From the IMG/VR virus record IMGVR_UViG_3300016469_000277, positions 1 to 64,000 of that record: a DNA stretch of 64,000 bases; one strand, 5' to 3'. Below, one piece after another: positions 31,291-39,960 of this stretch. Origin of the DNA: a virus. The notes beneath the pieces were generated by a model. That model had not been told where the DNA came from and made no database searches. It saw nothing but the letters and a program-made list of their open reading frames with translations. Position 1 is the stretch's first letter. Each line of letters begins with the position of its first letter. Made by a program: the position numbers and the translations under genes.

Positions 31291-31535
31291 TGTTTAGTAT
31301 AATCGAACAATGCTTAGATATGGAAAAGCAAACTTGCGTAGCTCCTGACGGTTCTATAGTTCCTATGAAGCCTACACACCTTTTATTAACTCAAGACCAA
31401 TACGAAGCTATCTTAAAAACTAACGGGATTAACGCTAAGAATATGCCTAGCCCTATCAAGGAATTATTTGGACTTAAAGTAATTCTAACTGATGTTCCAA
31501 TAGAAGAACCTAGAGTTCTTTCAATGACTGAATAA
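31290..31535 (+). CDS. Hypothetical protein
   Basis: ORF; TAATG coupling gives start at 31290. Confidence 0.55.
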   Translation: MFSIIEQCLDMEKQTCVAPDGSIVPMKPTHLLLTQDQYEAILKTNGINAKNMPSPIKELFGLKVILTDVPIEEPRVLSMTE

Positions 31536-31549
31536 AAACCAATAAACCA

Positions 31550-31762
31550 ATGAATATTTTTAAAAAGAAAACTAAAGAGCATTTATCCTACGCAGATAAA
31601 GCTAATTTATTGCTAGCTGCTACTAAGTTAATTCAAATAGATCAGGCTAATAATCCTAGTTACTATAAAAATGTAAGTAAGGAGCAAGTATTAGAAACTA
31701 TCTATATAGAGTATGAACGTCTTAAACTTAGACTAGTCACGGAGAAATTATTATCAGAATAA
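31550..31762 (+). CDS. Hypothetical protein
   Basis: ORF with A-rich leader, followed by terminator. Confidence 0.55.
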   Translation: MNIFKKKTKEHLSYADKANLLLAATKLIQIDQANNPSYYKNVSKEQVLETIYIEYERLKLRLVTEKLLSE

Positions 31763-31795
31763 AAAAAGGAGCCTAATAAGCTCCTTTTTCTTTTT
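31763..31795. terminator. Bidirectional intrinsic terminator
   Basis: AAAAAGGAGC-ctaataa-GCTCCTTTTT between convergent genes. Confidence 0.85.
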
Positions 31796-31809
31796 GGTTT
31801 TTAGAGAGT

Positions 31810-32061
31810 TTATTCGATGCCGAATAAGTCGGTTTCCCTCATAATTAAATACTCAACATTGTTAAGTTTAAGAGGAGAACCTGAGTGTTCGCTAAAGTAA
31901 ACAAAGTCGCCTACTTTAACATCTTTACATTCCGAACCAGCTGCCTCTACTTTGCCACGAGGAGGATTGGTTTTTGACTGGTCTGGAAGAAAGATACCGT
32001 TAATTGAATCTTCTTTTTGAGCTGGCAAGACTAAAACACGATTTGCTAACGGTTTAAACAT
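31810..32061 (-). CDS. groES: Co-chaperonin GroES
   Basis: KPLANRVLV, GIFLPD, VKVGDFV, YLIMRETD. Confidence 0.92.
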   Translation of the reverse strand: MFKPLANRVLVLPAQKEDSINGIFLPDQSKTNPPRGKVEAAGSECKDVKVGDFVYFSEHSGSPLKLNNVEYLIMRETDLFGIE

Positions 32062-32425
32062 ATTGGTTTCCCCCTGTTAATGACAAAAAGCGTTCCTTAT
32101 CCTCAGATACTGTCAAAGTGACACCCATTGGCATAGTGTAAACCTTTTGGTCAAAGCCAATAAGTTGTTTTTGTCCGTTGATGTTTTTGTACTTAGGTTT
32201 GCTTGGATCAGGGATCATTTGGTCGTGAGCTAAGCTTAAGTAGATTTCAATGTTTCCTCCTTCTACAATACGTGCTGCAGCTACGTGGTCTAGGCTAAAA
32301 CATCCTTTAACTACTTTAGTTTTTTCTTTTGAAGGAACGTAGTCAATTTCATCTTCATGCTGAACAGGCTTCTCGACTTCCCGTTCAAATTCTTCGTGGT
32401 ACCAGAATAAGTTTTTATTTTCCAT
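32054..32425 (-). CDS. Hypothetical protein
   Basis: ORF coupled to groES, with its own promoter. Confidence 0.6.
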   Translation of the reverse strand: MENKNLFWYHEEFEREVEKPVQHEDEIDYVPSKEKTKVVKGCFSLDHVAAARIVEGGNIEIYLSLAHDQMIPDPSKPKYKNINGQKQLIGFDQKVYTMPMGVTLTVSEDKERFLSLTGGNQYV

Positions 32426-32435
32426 GGATTTAATA

Positions 32436-32469
32436 TTGCAAATATAGGCAGTTGGTATTATATTTGCAA
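32436..32469. promoter_or_regulatory. Overlapping divergent promoter pair (11-bp inverted repeat)
   Basis: TTGCAAATATA-N12-TATATTTGCAA gives TTG-N20-TATATTTG on both strands. Confidence 0.7.
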
Positions 32470-32502
32470 ATAACTAAAAAGCAAAAAATCAATTTAAAAT
32501 TT

Positions 32503-32754
32503 ATGGAACAAGAAAAAATCAGTTGGTCTCCAGAAGCCAAAATCGAAGTAACAGGCAGAGAGTTTGAATTTCTAGCTCGTCTTGCTTCTTTGTATGAAAT
32601 TCCTCAAGCACAACTTAGCCTTAAAGATTTGCAAGAACTTTATATTCCTGCTTTGCAAGCTAGTCAAGATATTTTGAAGCGTATGCTTGAAGGCGGAATT
32701 GCTACTAAAGGTGAACTTCCTACTGAACCTGAAGTAGAAGGTGCAGTTATCTAA
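32503..32754 (+). CDS. Hypothetical protein
   Basis: ATG at 32503 downstream of the promoter; the track start lies inside the promoter. Confidence 0.6.
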   Translation: MEQEKISWSPEAKIEVTGREFEFLARLASLYEIPQAQLSLKDLQELYIPALQASQDILKRMLEGGIATKGELPTEPEVEGAVI

Positions 32755-32803
32755 TTAGGACCCCTCCTTGGATAGTATCCATTGATTGACACTTTGTGTT
32801 TCT

Positions 32804-32835
32804 AAAACCCCTAATAACCCATTAGGGGTTTTTTC
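32804..32835 (+). terminator. Intrinsic terminator
   Basis: AAAACCCCTAAT-aaccc-ATTAGGGGTTTTTT. Confidence 0.85.
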
Positions 32836-32847
32836 TTTACCCCTAAA

Positions 32848-32878
32848 CTTGACTTTTTTGCTAAAAAGATTATATTTG
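32848..32878 (+). promoter_or_regulatory. Promoter, CTTGACTT class (lysis genes)
   Basis: TTG-N19-TATATTTG. Confidence 0.75.
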
Positions 32879-32891
32879 AATAAACTTAATT

Positions 32892-33104
32892 ATGAGCTTT
32901 ATTAAATCAATGTTTGTTGCCGATGGAGGCACATCCCACAAAAGAGTATTAGGAACTTTAGGTTTTCTTTGTCTTATAGTTTTTCTTTTTACTTGTAAAG
33001 AAAGCGTAAAACCTGAAGCTGTATCTGCAATAGAATTTATTACTATCTCTGCAATCTTTGGAACAGTAGTTGAAAAATTCGCAGGTAAAAAAACCGAATC
33101 ATGA
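32892..33104 (+). CDS. Putative holin (2 TM)
   Basis: SHKR followed by two hydrophobic helices and a charged tail; directly precedes the endolysin. Confidence 0.65.
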   Translation: MSFIKSMFVADGGTSHKRVLGTLGFLCLIVFLFTCKESVKPEAVSAIEFITISAIFGTVVEKFAGKKTES

Positions 33105-33724
33105 AACGCCTACAAGAAATCTTAAACGCAAACGGAGCCTCTCTTACTACTGACGGAATAATAGGTCCTAAGAGTTTAGCGGCTCTTCATACTTATGTCC
33201 AAAATAATCTAACTAAGAGAAAGTGGCGTATGCCTACTGACGGACTTGTTTGGATAAGAACAGACAAAAACTTAACTAATACGTTTGATGACTTTGTAGC
33301 AGTATATAAAGGAGGTAATTGTGTTATGGCTCTTTCATGTTCTACTACTGCAGGAGACTATTATGTATTTAATCCTTTGACTGTAGGAGGAATTACAGGA
33401 ACCGCAATAGCAGCCGAACAGCAGATTATTGGAGCACACCAATTTGTGACTAATAAAAACTGGAAATTCCTTTGGTTAAATGCTCCTTACTTTATGCAAG
33501 TAAGACCTATCACTATTTATAGAGACGGAAACAAAGATAGACTTATTGACAAAGGAGTAACTCAATTTGGACTCTTTGGAATCAATCTTCACCGTGGAGG
33601 ACTAGCTGCATTTATCAATGGATGGAGTGCGGGCTGCCTAGTTGTAGTAGATTCTCTATGGTTTGAAGTCGTTAAATTGTTTAACAATGGGCAATTTATA
33701 GATTTCACATTATTTGAGGTCTAA
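33101..33724 (+). CDS. Endolysin (PG-binding N-terminus, L,D-transpeptidase-like Cys/His catalytic domain)
   Basis: LQ..LN...DGIIGP; NTFDD, STTAG, GINLHR, WSAGC. Confidence 0.75.
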   Translation: MKRLQEILNANGASLTTDGIIGPKSLAALHTYVQNNLTKRKWRMPTDGLVWIRTDKNLTNTFDDFVAVYKGGNCVMALSCSTTAGDYYVFNPLTVGGITGTAIAAEQQIIGAHQFVTNKNWKFLWLNAPYFMQVRPITIYRDGNKDRLIDKGVTQFGLFGINLHRGGLAAFINGWSAGCLVVVDSLWFEVVKLFNNGQFIDFTLFEV

Positions 33725-34238
33725 TAAGACTGTCTCTTGTTATTCTTTTATAACTTCTTCCACGAGCTATATCCATAATAACGTGTTTTTTAACTCCATA
33801 TTCTTTTGCAAGAACTATGTGGGGTTTTCCTTTTTTAAGGTCTTCTAGTATATTTAAAACACGTTCTTCGTCTAACATTCTTTTACAATGGTTAACTCCT
33901 AACACATAAAACATGTGTTTTTGATTTTCTGATTGCGTACACCATTCTAAATTTTCTATTGTATTATCTGTTTTAATCCCATTTTTATGATTTACTTGGG
34001 CTTTACAAAAATCTGGTTTTCCTAAAAATGCTTCTAAAACTAAAACATGTATAAGTTTCCACTTTACAAAACTATTTTTAGTCAGAGCAACTCTTAAATA
34101 ACCTTTTTTTATTTTTTGAGATGTTAATAATTTTTCTTTAGAATTTACAGATTTAGAGCCTGCTATTCTTTTTACATTTCCTATATTAGATACTTGATAT
34201 AAGCCTTCATAGCCTACTACATCTTTCCATATTTCCAT
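33705..34238 (-). CDS. NUMOD4-HNH homing endonuclease
   Basis: EIWKDVVGYEGLYQVSNIG (NUMOD4); VNHKNGIKTDN..ENLEW (HNH_3). Confidence 0.92.
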   Translation of the reverse strand: MEIWKDVVGYEGLYQVSNIGNVKRIAGSKSVNSKEKLLTSQKIKKGYLRVALTKNSFVKWKLIHVLVLEAFLGKPDFCKAQVNHKNGIKTDNTIENLEWCTQSENQKHMFYVLGVNHCKRMLDEERVLNILEDLKKGKPHIVLAKEYGVKKHVIMDIARGRSYKRITRDSLIRPQIM

Positions 34239-34273
34239 AATTACAAATATAATATAAGTATCTTACTTTTTCT

Positions 34274-34304
34274 CTTGACTTTTTTTAGAAAAAGTTTATC
34301 TTTG
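34274..34304 (+). promoter_or_regulatory. Promoter, CTTGACTT class (tail/fibre genes)
   Basis: TTG-N19-TATCTTTG. Confidence 0.75.
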
Positions 34305-34348
34305 GCATAATTGGCCCTCTTGGGCGGGATTTTATAATCCGTAAAGTT

Positions 34349-35710
34349 ATGCGCTATAAGAAGATGACTAATCCCACAGACGGGATTAACCAGACTAATA
34401 AACAGTTAGGTACAGTTGAAGACCAACTCTGCTGCATTGATGACAGTATCAAAGCAGTAGAGAATGCAGTCGAAAACATAAACGTAACTGTTGGGGAATT
34501 TACTCTAGCTAATACTCCTCAAATAGATGCTTTTGGTCGTCTTCGTGTAAGTAATCCTTTAACTTTATTTGATTCAAGCCACAGATTCGATGATAACGAT
34601 TTGTGGTCTACAGCTGTTGCTACTAGTGGAGCAGCTGTTTATAATACTAACCAAGGTTTAATTGATCTTAATGTAACAAATGCTAGTGGTTCCTCAGTAA
34701 CGAGAGAGACTATTAAAGTGTTTGCTTACCAACCAGGTAAATCTCTTTTAGTTCTTAATACGTTTGTAATGAGTCCTGCTAAAACAGGACTAACTCAACG
34801 TGTAGGATACTATGGAACACAAAATGGTTTCTACTTAGAACAAGTAGATAACACAGTTCAATTTGTAAAAAGAAGCTTAGTTACAGGAAGTGTAGTAAAC
34901 ACCCCTGTTACTCAAGCTAACTGGAATGGAGATAGGTTAGATGGAACTGGTCCTAGTGGAATTACTTTAGATTTAACTAAAGCTCAAATCTTATGGATGG
35001 ATCTTGAGTGGCTAGGTGTAGGTTCAGTTCGTATAGGATTTGTAATTAACGGACAATTCATTGTTTGTCATACATTTCAACATGCCAACATAATAACAAG
35101 TACTTACATAACTACTGCTTCACTTCCTCTCCGTTATGAAATATTTAACACTAGCGGAACAAGCGGAGCTTCTACTTTAAAACAAATCTGTTCTACTGTA
35201 ATTTCTGAAGGAGGATACCAGCTTAAAGGAGAACAACGTTCTGTAGGAACTTCTATTCTTTCTGCTAGAACTTTTGCAGTAGCCGGAACTTATTACCCAA
35301 TTGTTGCACTTAGATTAAAATCAACCAGACTAGATGCAATTGCTGTTGTAAGTGCTGTTTCTCTTTTAGGAATAGGAAACGGCAAAAACTACGCTTGGAG
35401 AATAGTAAATATGGGTGTATCAGTTACAGGAGGTTCTTGGGTTTCTGCAGCTGTAGATTCTTCTGTTGAGTATAACTTAACCGGGACAAGTGCATCAGGA
35501 GGAAGAATAGTTGCTAGTGGTTATATTAATTCTTCTAACCAAGCTTCCCCCGCACTTAATATATTAAAAGAAGCTCTCTTTGCTAATCAACTAGAAAGAA
35601 ACGGCTTAACCGGAGTTCCTTATGAGTTTGTACTAGAGGTAGCTGTAGGAACAACTTCTGGAGGTGAAGGAGTTTTTGCTTCAATAGACTGGGAAGAAAT
35701 AAGCAGATAA
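34349..35710 (+). CDS. Virion structural beta-rich protein (fibre/decoration-like)
   Basis: DAFGRLRVS motif; beta-strand-rich; N-terminal module shared with next gene. Confidence 0.6.
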   Translation: MRYKKMTNPTDGINQTNKQLGTVEDQLCCIDDSIKAVENAVENINVTVGEFTLANTPQIDAFGRLRVSNPLTLFDSSHRFDDNDLWSTAVATSGAAVYNTNQGLIDLNVTNASGSSVTRETIKVFAYQPGKSLLVLNTFVMSPAKTGLTQRVGYYGTQNGFYLEQVDNTVQFVKRSLVTGSVVNTPVTQANWNGDRLDGTGPSGITLDLTKAQILWMDLEWLGVGSVRIGFVINGQFIVCHTFQHANIITSTYITTASLPLRYEIFNTSGTSGASTLKQICSTVISEGGYQLKGEQRSVGTSILSARTFAVAGTYYPIVALRLKSTRLDAIAVVSAVSLLGIGNGKNYAWRIVNMGVSVTGGSWVSAAVDSSVEYNLTGTSASGGRIVASGYINSSNQASPALNILKEALFANQLERNGLTGVPYEFVLEVAVGTTSGGEGVFASIDWEEISR

Positions 35711-35733
35711 AAAATAAACTTAAGTATAAAGAT

Positions 35734-36180
35734 ATGCAAAACAAAAAAATGACTAACCCTACCGATGGGATAAATGAGTCAAATAAAAAACTTAGATCTA
35801 TCTACGATCAGCTCTGTTGCTTGACAGGAGCAGTAAAAGACATTGATATTAACGTAGGAGACATTGAGCTAGAAGTAGACGGAGTAGAAGAACTCCTTCA
35901 GGATATTTTAGACGCTATTGTTGCAGGTGGTGGTGGAGGAGGAAGCTATAACTCTATGGATAGTTCTTCTTTAGCTGCTGCTGCAACTTTAACTTTTAAC
36001 CCAGGTGATGTACATAGTTTTACTTGGGAACTAGGCTTAGGAGCTACTATACAAATCGCAACAGGAACTAGCACTAACACATTTACTAATAGCGGAAGTG
36101 TTTCTTTTTCTACTTTTAATACCCAGACTATTACTATTACCGCAGTAGGCGGAACTGTTAAAGTAATTTATAATTATTAA
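35734..36180 (+). CDS. Small virion fibre-like protein
   Basis: Shared N-terminal module, short coiled coil, poly-Gly hinge, small beta domain. Confidence 0.55.
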   Translation: MQNKKMTNPTDGINESNKKLRSIYDQLCCLTGAVKDIDINVGDIELEVDGVEELLQDILDAIVAGGGGGGSYNSMDSSSLAAAATLTFNPGDVHSFTWELGLGATIQIATGTSTNTFTNSGSVSFSTFNTQTITITAVGGTVKVIYNY

Positions 36181-36182
36181 TT

Positions 36183-38741
36183 ATGAGTGACGCAAAAGTA
36201 TCTTTTTACCCTATAGGAGTTCCTCCTAGTCGTACATTAACAATTAATGGTACAACTTATGATTTATCTGTAAACAGAAGTTGGTCTGTAGGTGATGTTT
36301 TTACTTCTGGAAGTTATTCTAATCCGACTTGGATTACTTCATTGGCTTGGTCTAAAATTACTTCTACTCCTACAACATTAGCAGGATATGGAATTACAGA
36401 TGGAGTTTCTACTTCTAGAACTTTAACTATAAATGGAACAGCGTTTGATTTGTCAGCAAACCGTACTTGGTCTGTAGGTACAGTAACAAGTGTCGCAGCT
36501 CTTACACTGGGAACTTCTGGAACAGACTTAAGTTCTACTGTAGCAACAGGTACTACTACTCCTGTAATAACTTTAAACGTACCAACTGCAAGTGCAACTA
36601 ATAGAGGTGCATTAAGTTCTGCTGATTGGAGTACGTTTAATAATAAAATAGGTGGTAGCGGTACAAATGGGCAGATTTCATATTTTACTGCCGCAAGCAC
36701 AATAGCAAGTTCTTCAACACTGACATTTACACCAACAACTGCTTTACGATTAAGCAACTCGGTTACTGCTGGTTTGGGTCTTGCGCAAGGCAGCTTTTTT
36801 TCACCTACCGTGATTGCTGCTGCAAACAACGATGTATTAGTTGGTTTAGACATAACACCTACGTTTACCGTTGGTGTATTTACTGGCGTAACGCCTTTAG
36901 CATTAAGAGCAAGTGGTCGCGTTACTTTTCAAGGCTCTGTTACAAACACAGGTAATTTATCAAACTATACCGTAACCGCCTCAAGTGCTTTGGCTCGTTC
37001 AAAGGCTATTACTTCGACTTTAGTTGCAGCGGCCAATAACGATGTGCTTGCAGCTTTAGATATAGCCCCTACCTTTACGAATGGACTTTTCACTGGCGTT
37101 TCAAACTTTGCATTAAGAACACAAACTGGTAACGTGGTTTTTGGAACTACAAGTGGTTCAGTTGGTATAGGTACTTCAAGTATTAACGCAAGTGCTATTC
37201 TTGACATCACTTCTACGGCAAGAGGTTTTCTTGCCCCAAGAATGACTACGGCACAGAAAAACGCCATTGGTACTCCTGCAACGGGCTTATTGGTTTATGA
37301 TACCACTTTAAACGCCTTTAATTTTTACAACGGTAGCGTTTGGGGTGGTTTAGGTGGAGGACTTACAAACTGGACTGAAGCCTATTCAGCAGCACAACCC
37401 ACAAGTTCTTTCACGGCTACTAATGCTTCTGCAAACGTAAACGCAGCACTTGTTCCAAAAGGCACTGGCGCAGTTGTAGCGTCTATACCTGATGGTGGAG
37501 GTGGAGGTAACTCAAGAGGTATTTACGCAGTAGATTTACAAACAAGAAGAAACAACGCAGCTCAAGTTGCTTCGGGCGATTATTCTGTAATTGGTGGAGG
37601 CTTCTTCAATAGAGCAACAGCTTTTGGCTCTCACACAGGAGGAGGCTATAACAATAACAATGCTTCTACTTATGGACTTATAGGGGGAGGAGAAACCAAT
37701 ACAATAGTTGGAGGACAAGGCGATGTAATTACGGGAGGTTCAAACAATACGATAAACTTTGCTGGTGTTGGTAACGCCAATTGGAGATTTATTGGTGGTG
37801 GATATGGTAATTCTACTAGTGGTGGTCAAAATGATACCGCAGCGATTGTAGGAGGTTTATCTAATTATATTGGTCTTTTCGGAAACTATGCTTTCTTGGG
37901 CGCAGGCAGACAAAATAGCTGTACTGGTACTTATAGTGCTTTAACTGGAGGTTATCTAAACAGAATAGGTAATGGTGATAATAATTTAGCAACTAATTGT
38001 TTCTTGGGTGCTGGGCAATCTAATGTTATAGACACTAACTCTGATTACTCAACTTTGGGAGGGGGTTTATCAAATACTATTTCAGGAGTAGATTATTGCT
38101 TTATTGGAGGTGGTAATACAAACACAATCTCACAAAACTACGGAACTATTGTTGGAGGTCAAAGCCAAACAATATCCGCTACTTATGGTTACATAGGTGG
38201 AGGTCAAAGCAACACTGTTTCTGCAAGTTATGCGTCAATTAACGGAGGACTTCAAGCAACTGCTGGTCTTTATGGACAACAAGCAAGAGCAGCAGGTCAA
38301 TTTGCAGCCAGTGGAGATGCACAAGCGCACGAACTTATTTGGCGTAGATCAATCACAGGAACAGCTCAAACAGAATTATTTCTTGATGGGGCAAGTGTAG
38401 CTGCTATTCTTCCAGGAACTAATGCCATTTGGCAAGGAATAATTGATATAGCAGCTGTTTGTACTGTAACAGGTAACGGAACTACTACTGTAGGAGATGT
38501 TGCTGCTACTTCTTATAAAGTAACAATTAAAAGAATTGGAACTACTACTTCACTTGTAGGCACTGTTCAAGAAATAGGGACTACTAATTCAAACACTTCA
38601 ATGTCTACATCAGTCTTTACAATAGACAATAATGACACAAGTGAGAGTTTAAGAATACAATTTACTCCTCCGACTACCGCAGGATCAACTACTGTAACTC
38701 GTGCAGTAGCTACCTTTAGAGGACTTCAAATACAATACTAA
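36183..38741 (+). CDS. Tail fibre / receptor-binding adhesin
   Basis: Thr/Gly/Ser-rich; RTLTINGT..DLS.NR.WSVG twice; AAANNDVL...PTFT.G.FTGV twice; many ~14-aa GGG..N beta-roll repeats. Confidence 0.8.
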   Translation: MSDAKVSFYPIGVPPSRTLTINGTTYDLSVNRSWSVGDVFTSGSYSNPTWITSLAWSKITSTPTTLAGYGITDGVSTSRTLTINGTAFDLSANRTWSVGTVTSVAALTLGTSGTDLSSTVATGTTTPVITLNVPTASATNRGALSSADWSTFNNKIGGSGTNGQISYFTAASTIASSSTLTFTPTTALRLSNSVTAGLGLAQGSFFSPTVIAAANNDVLVGLDITPTFTVGVFTGVTPLALRASGRVTFQGSVTNTGNLSNYTVTASSALARSKAITSTLVAAANNDVLAALDIAPTFTNGLFTGVSNFALRTQTGNVVFGTTSGSVGIGTSSINASAILDITSTARGFLAPRMTTAQKNAIGTPATGLLVYDTTLNAFNFYNGSVWGGLGGGLTNWTEAYSAAQPTSSFTATNASANVNAALVPKGTGAVVASIPDGGGGGNSRGIYAVDLQTRRNNAAQVASGDYSVIGGGFFNRATAFGSHTGGGYNNNNASTYGLIGGGETNTIVGGQGDVITGGSNNTINFAGVGNANWRFIGGGYGNSTSGGQNDTAAIVGGLSNYIGLFGNYAFLGAGRQNSCTGTYSALTGGYLNRIGNGDNNLATNCFLGAGQSNVIDTNSDYSTLGGGLSNTISGVDYCFIGGGNTNTISQNYGTIVGGQSQTISATYGYIGGGQSNTVSASYASINGGLQATAGLYGQQARAAGQFAASGDAQAHELIWRRSITGTAQTELFLDGASVAAILPGTNAIWQGIIDIAAVCTVTGNGTTTVGDVAATSYKVTIKRIGTTTSLVGTVQEIGTTNSNTSMSTSVFTIDNNDTSESLRIQFTPPTTAGSTTVTRAVATFRGLQIQY

Positions 38742-38767
38742 TCAATAATAATTAAAACTAAATAATA

Positions 38768-39067
38768 ATGGCACTTCAAATAAATGCAGACGTACAGACT
38801 ACTGACGGTTTTACTGTACAACCTTTCGTATTTCTTGATATTCAACTTTATAAAGGAATATCAAGAGCAATCCTTTATTACTACAAAGATCAAGATTCTT
38901 ATGAAGCAGGAAAATCACCTATTGGTGTAAGTCTTCCTAATCTAGTCTCTTTAAATCTAACTGTAGAAGAATTCTTTGGTCCAAACCTAGCTACATTGTT
39001 TCACGACAAAGCTATTGAAGAGATAGAAGAAACGACTGGAGCTGGGACTGTTGTAATCGTTCAGTAG
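38768..39067 (+). CDS. Putative tail-fibre-associated protein
   Basis: Small acidic ORF directly after the fibre gene. Confidence 0.45.
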   Translation: MALQINADVQTTDGFTVQPFVFLDIQLYKGISRAILYYYKDQDSYEAGKSPIGVSLPNLVSLNLTVEEFFGPNLATLFHDKAIEEIEETTGAGTVVIVQ

Positions 39068-39075
39068 TTAATCTT

Positions 39076-39507
39076 ATGAAAATCTCTGCAACTCTCTACT
39101 CGCTTACTACTGTTTGTGCTTTTGTTGGAAGCTACTTTTTTAAACTAGGTTCAGATTACGCAGAACAGTATCTTGCGATTGTTTCAGTTGTCCTATTAGA
39201 TGGATTTTTTGGAATTATAGCAGGGACTAAAACAGAAGGATTTAAAACCCACAAAGCCTTAAAAGTCATTAAGACTTTAATTACCTGGATTCTTCTTCTT
39301 ACAGGTGTTTTTATTGTAGAAAGAAGCTTTGTAGGAACCGACTGGCTCTCAGAAACAATTGCAGCTCCTTTTATTTTATTTCAACTTATTTCAGCTTTAA
39401 AGAATGCAGAGAGAGCAGGATTTATCAAGAACGAACTTCTTACCTTTATTTTAGATAAGATAGATCGACACAAAGTTACAGCTAAGGAAAAAGAAAAAGG
39501 GGAGTAA
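39076..39507 (+). CDS. Holin (phage holin 4 / TcdE-like)
   Basis: 3-4 TM helices; LDGFFGI.A and ISALKNA..AG motifs. Confidence 0.75.
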   Translation: MKISATLYSLTTVCAFVGSYFFKLGSDYAEQYLAIVSVVLLDGFFGIIAGTKTEGFKTHKALKVIKTLITWILLLTGVFIVERSFVGTDWLSETIAAPFILFQLISALKNAERAGFIKNELLTFILDKIDRHKVTAKEKEKGE

Positions 39508-39527
39508 AAACTCCCCTTTCTTTTTTT
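39488..39527. terminator. Bidirectional terminator at the convergence of the two genome halves
   Basis: AAAGGGGAG-taaaaa-CTCCCCTTT flanked by A and T tracts. Confidence 0.85.
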
Positions 39528-39960
39528 AGTAGCGATAAATCTCCTTAGTAATATCTACAAGTTTGTCTTCTAGTTTTCCTGAGTAGACTATATCTTTAAA
39601 CGTCTTGCTGAAGTTTGAAAATTTACCTTGTTTAAATAAAATTATATCTTGTCTAAAAACAGGATTATATTTAAACACAAACATCATACCCTCGTCGGTT
39701 TCGTAGAAGTCATAAAAAGACTTAAACTCTGTTATACTATTCAAAAGACTCGCAGGAGTAATTCCTGTTCTTGTTTGAATTAAAAGATTATCAGGAGTAC
39801 GAAAATGAAAAAAGATACAATCTAAATACTTTTTTCTGGTTCCATAATCATCTAGGTAAATTCCTAAAAGTCCAGCTCTTCGCAAAGTAGGCATAGCTCC
39901 CTGCTGAAAGATTAATCCATAAAGAATATTAGTTGTATCATTGGTTACAGTGTCAACCAT
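39526..39960 (-). CDS. Hypothetical protein
   Basis: ORF; likely start MVDTV at 39960. Confidence 0.55.
   Translation of the reverse strand: MVDTVTNDTTNILYGLIFQQGAMPTLRRAGLLGIYLDDYGTRKKYLDCIFFHFRTPDNLLIQTRTGITPASLLNSITEFKSFYDFYETDEGMMFVFKYNPVFRQDIILFKQGKFSNFSKTFKDIVYSGKLEDKLVDITKEIYRY

Noticed and set aside
36314-37718. Antisense ORFs up to 179 aa within the tail fibre gene
   Set aside because: Expected from Thr/Gly/Ala codon bias lacking reverse-strand stops
36183-39067. Diversity-generating retroelement targeting the fibre
   Set aside because: No reverse transcriptase and no adenine-mismatched template/variable repeat pair found
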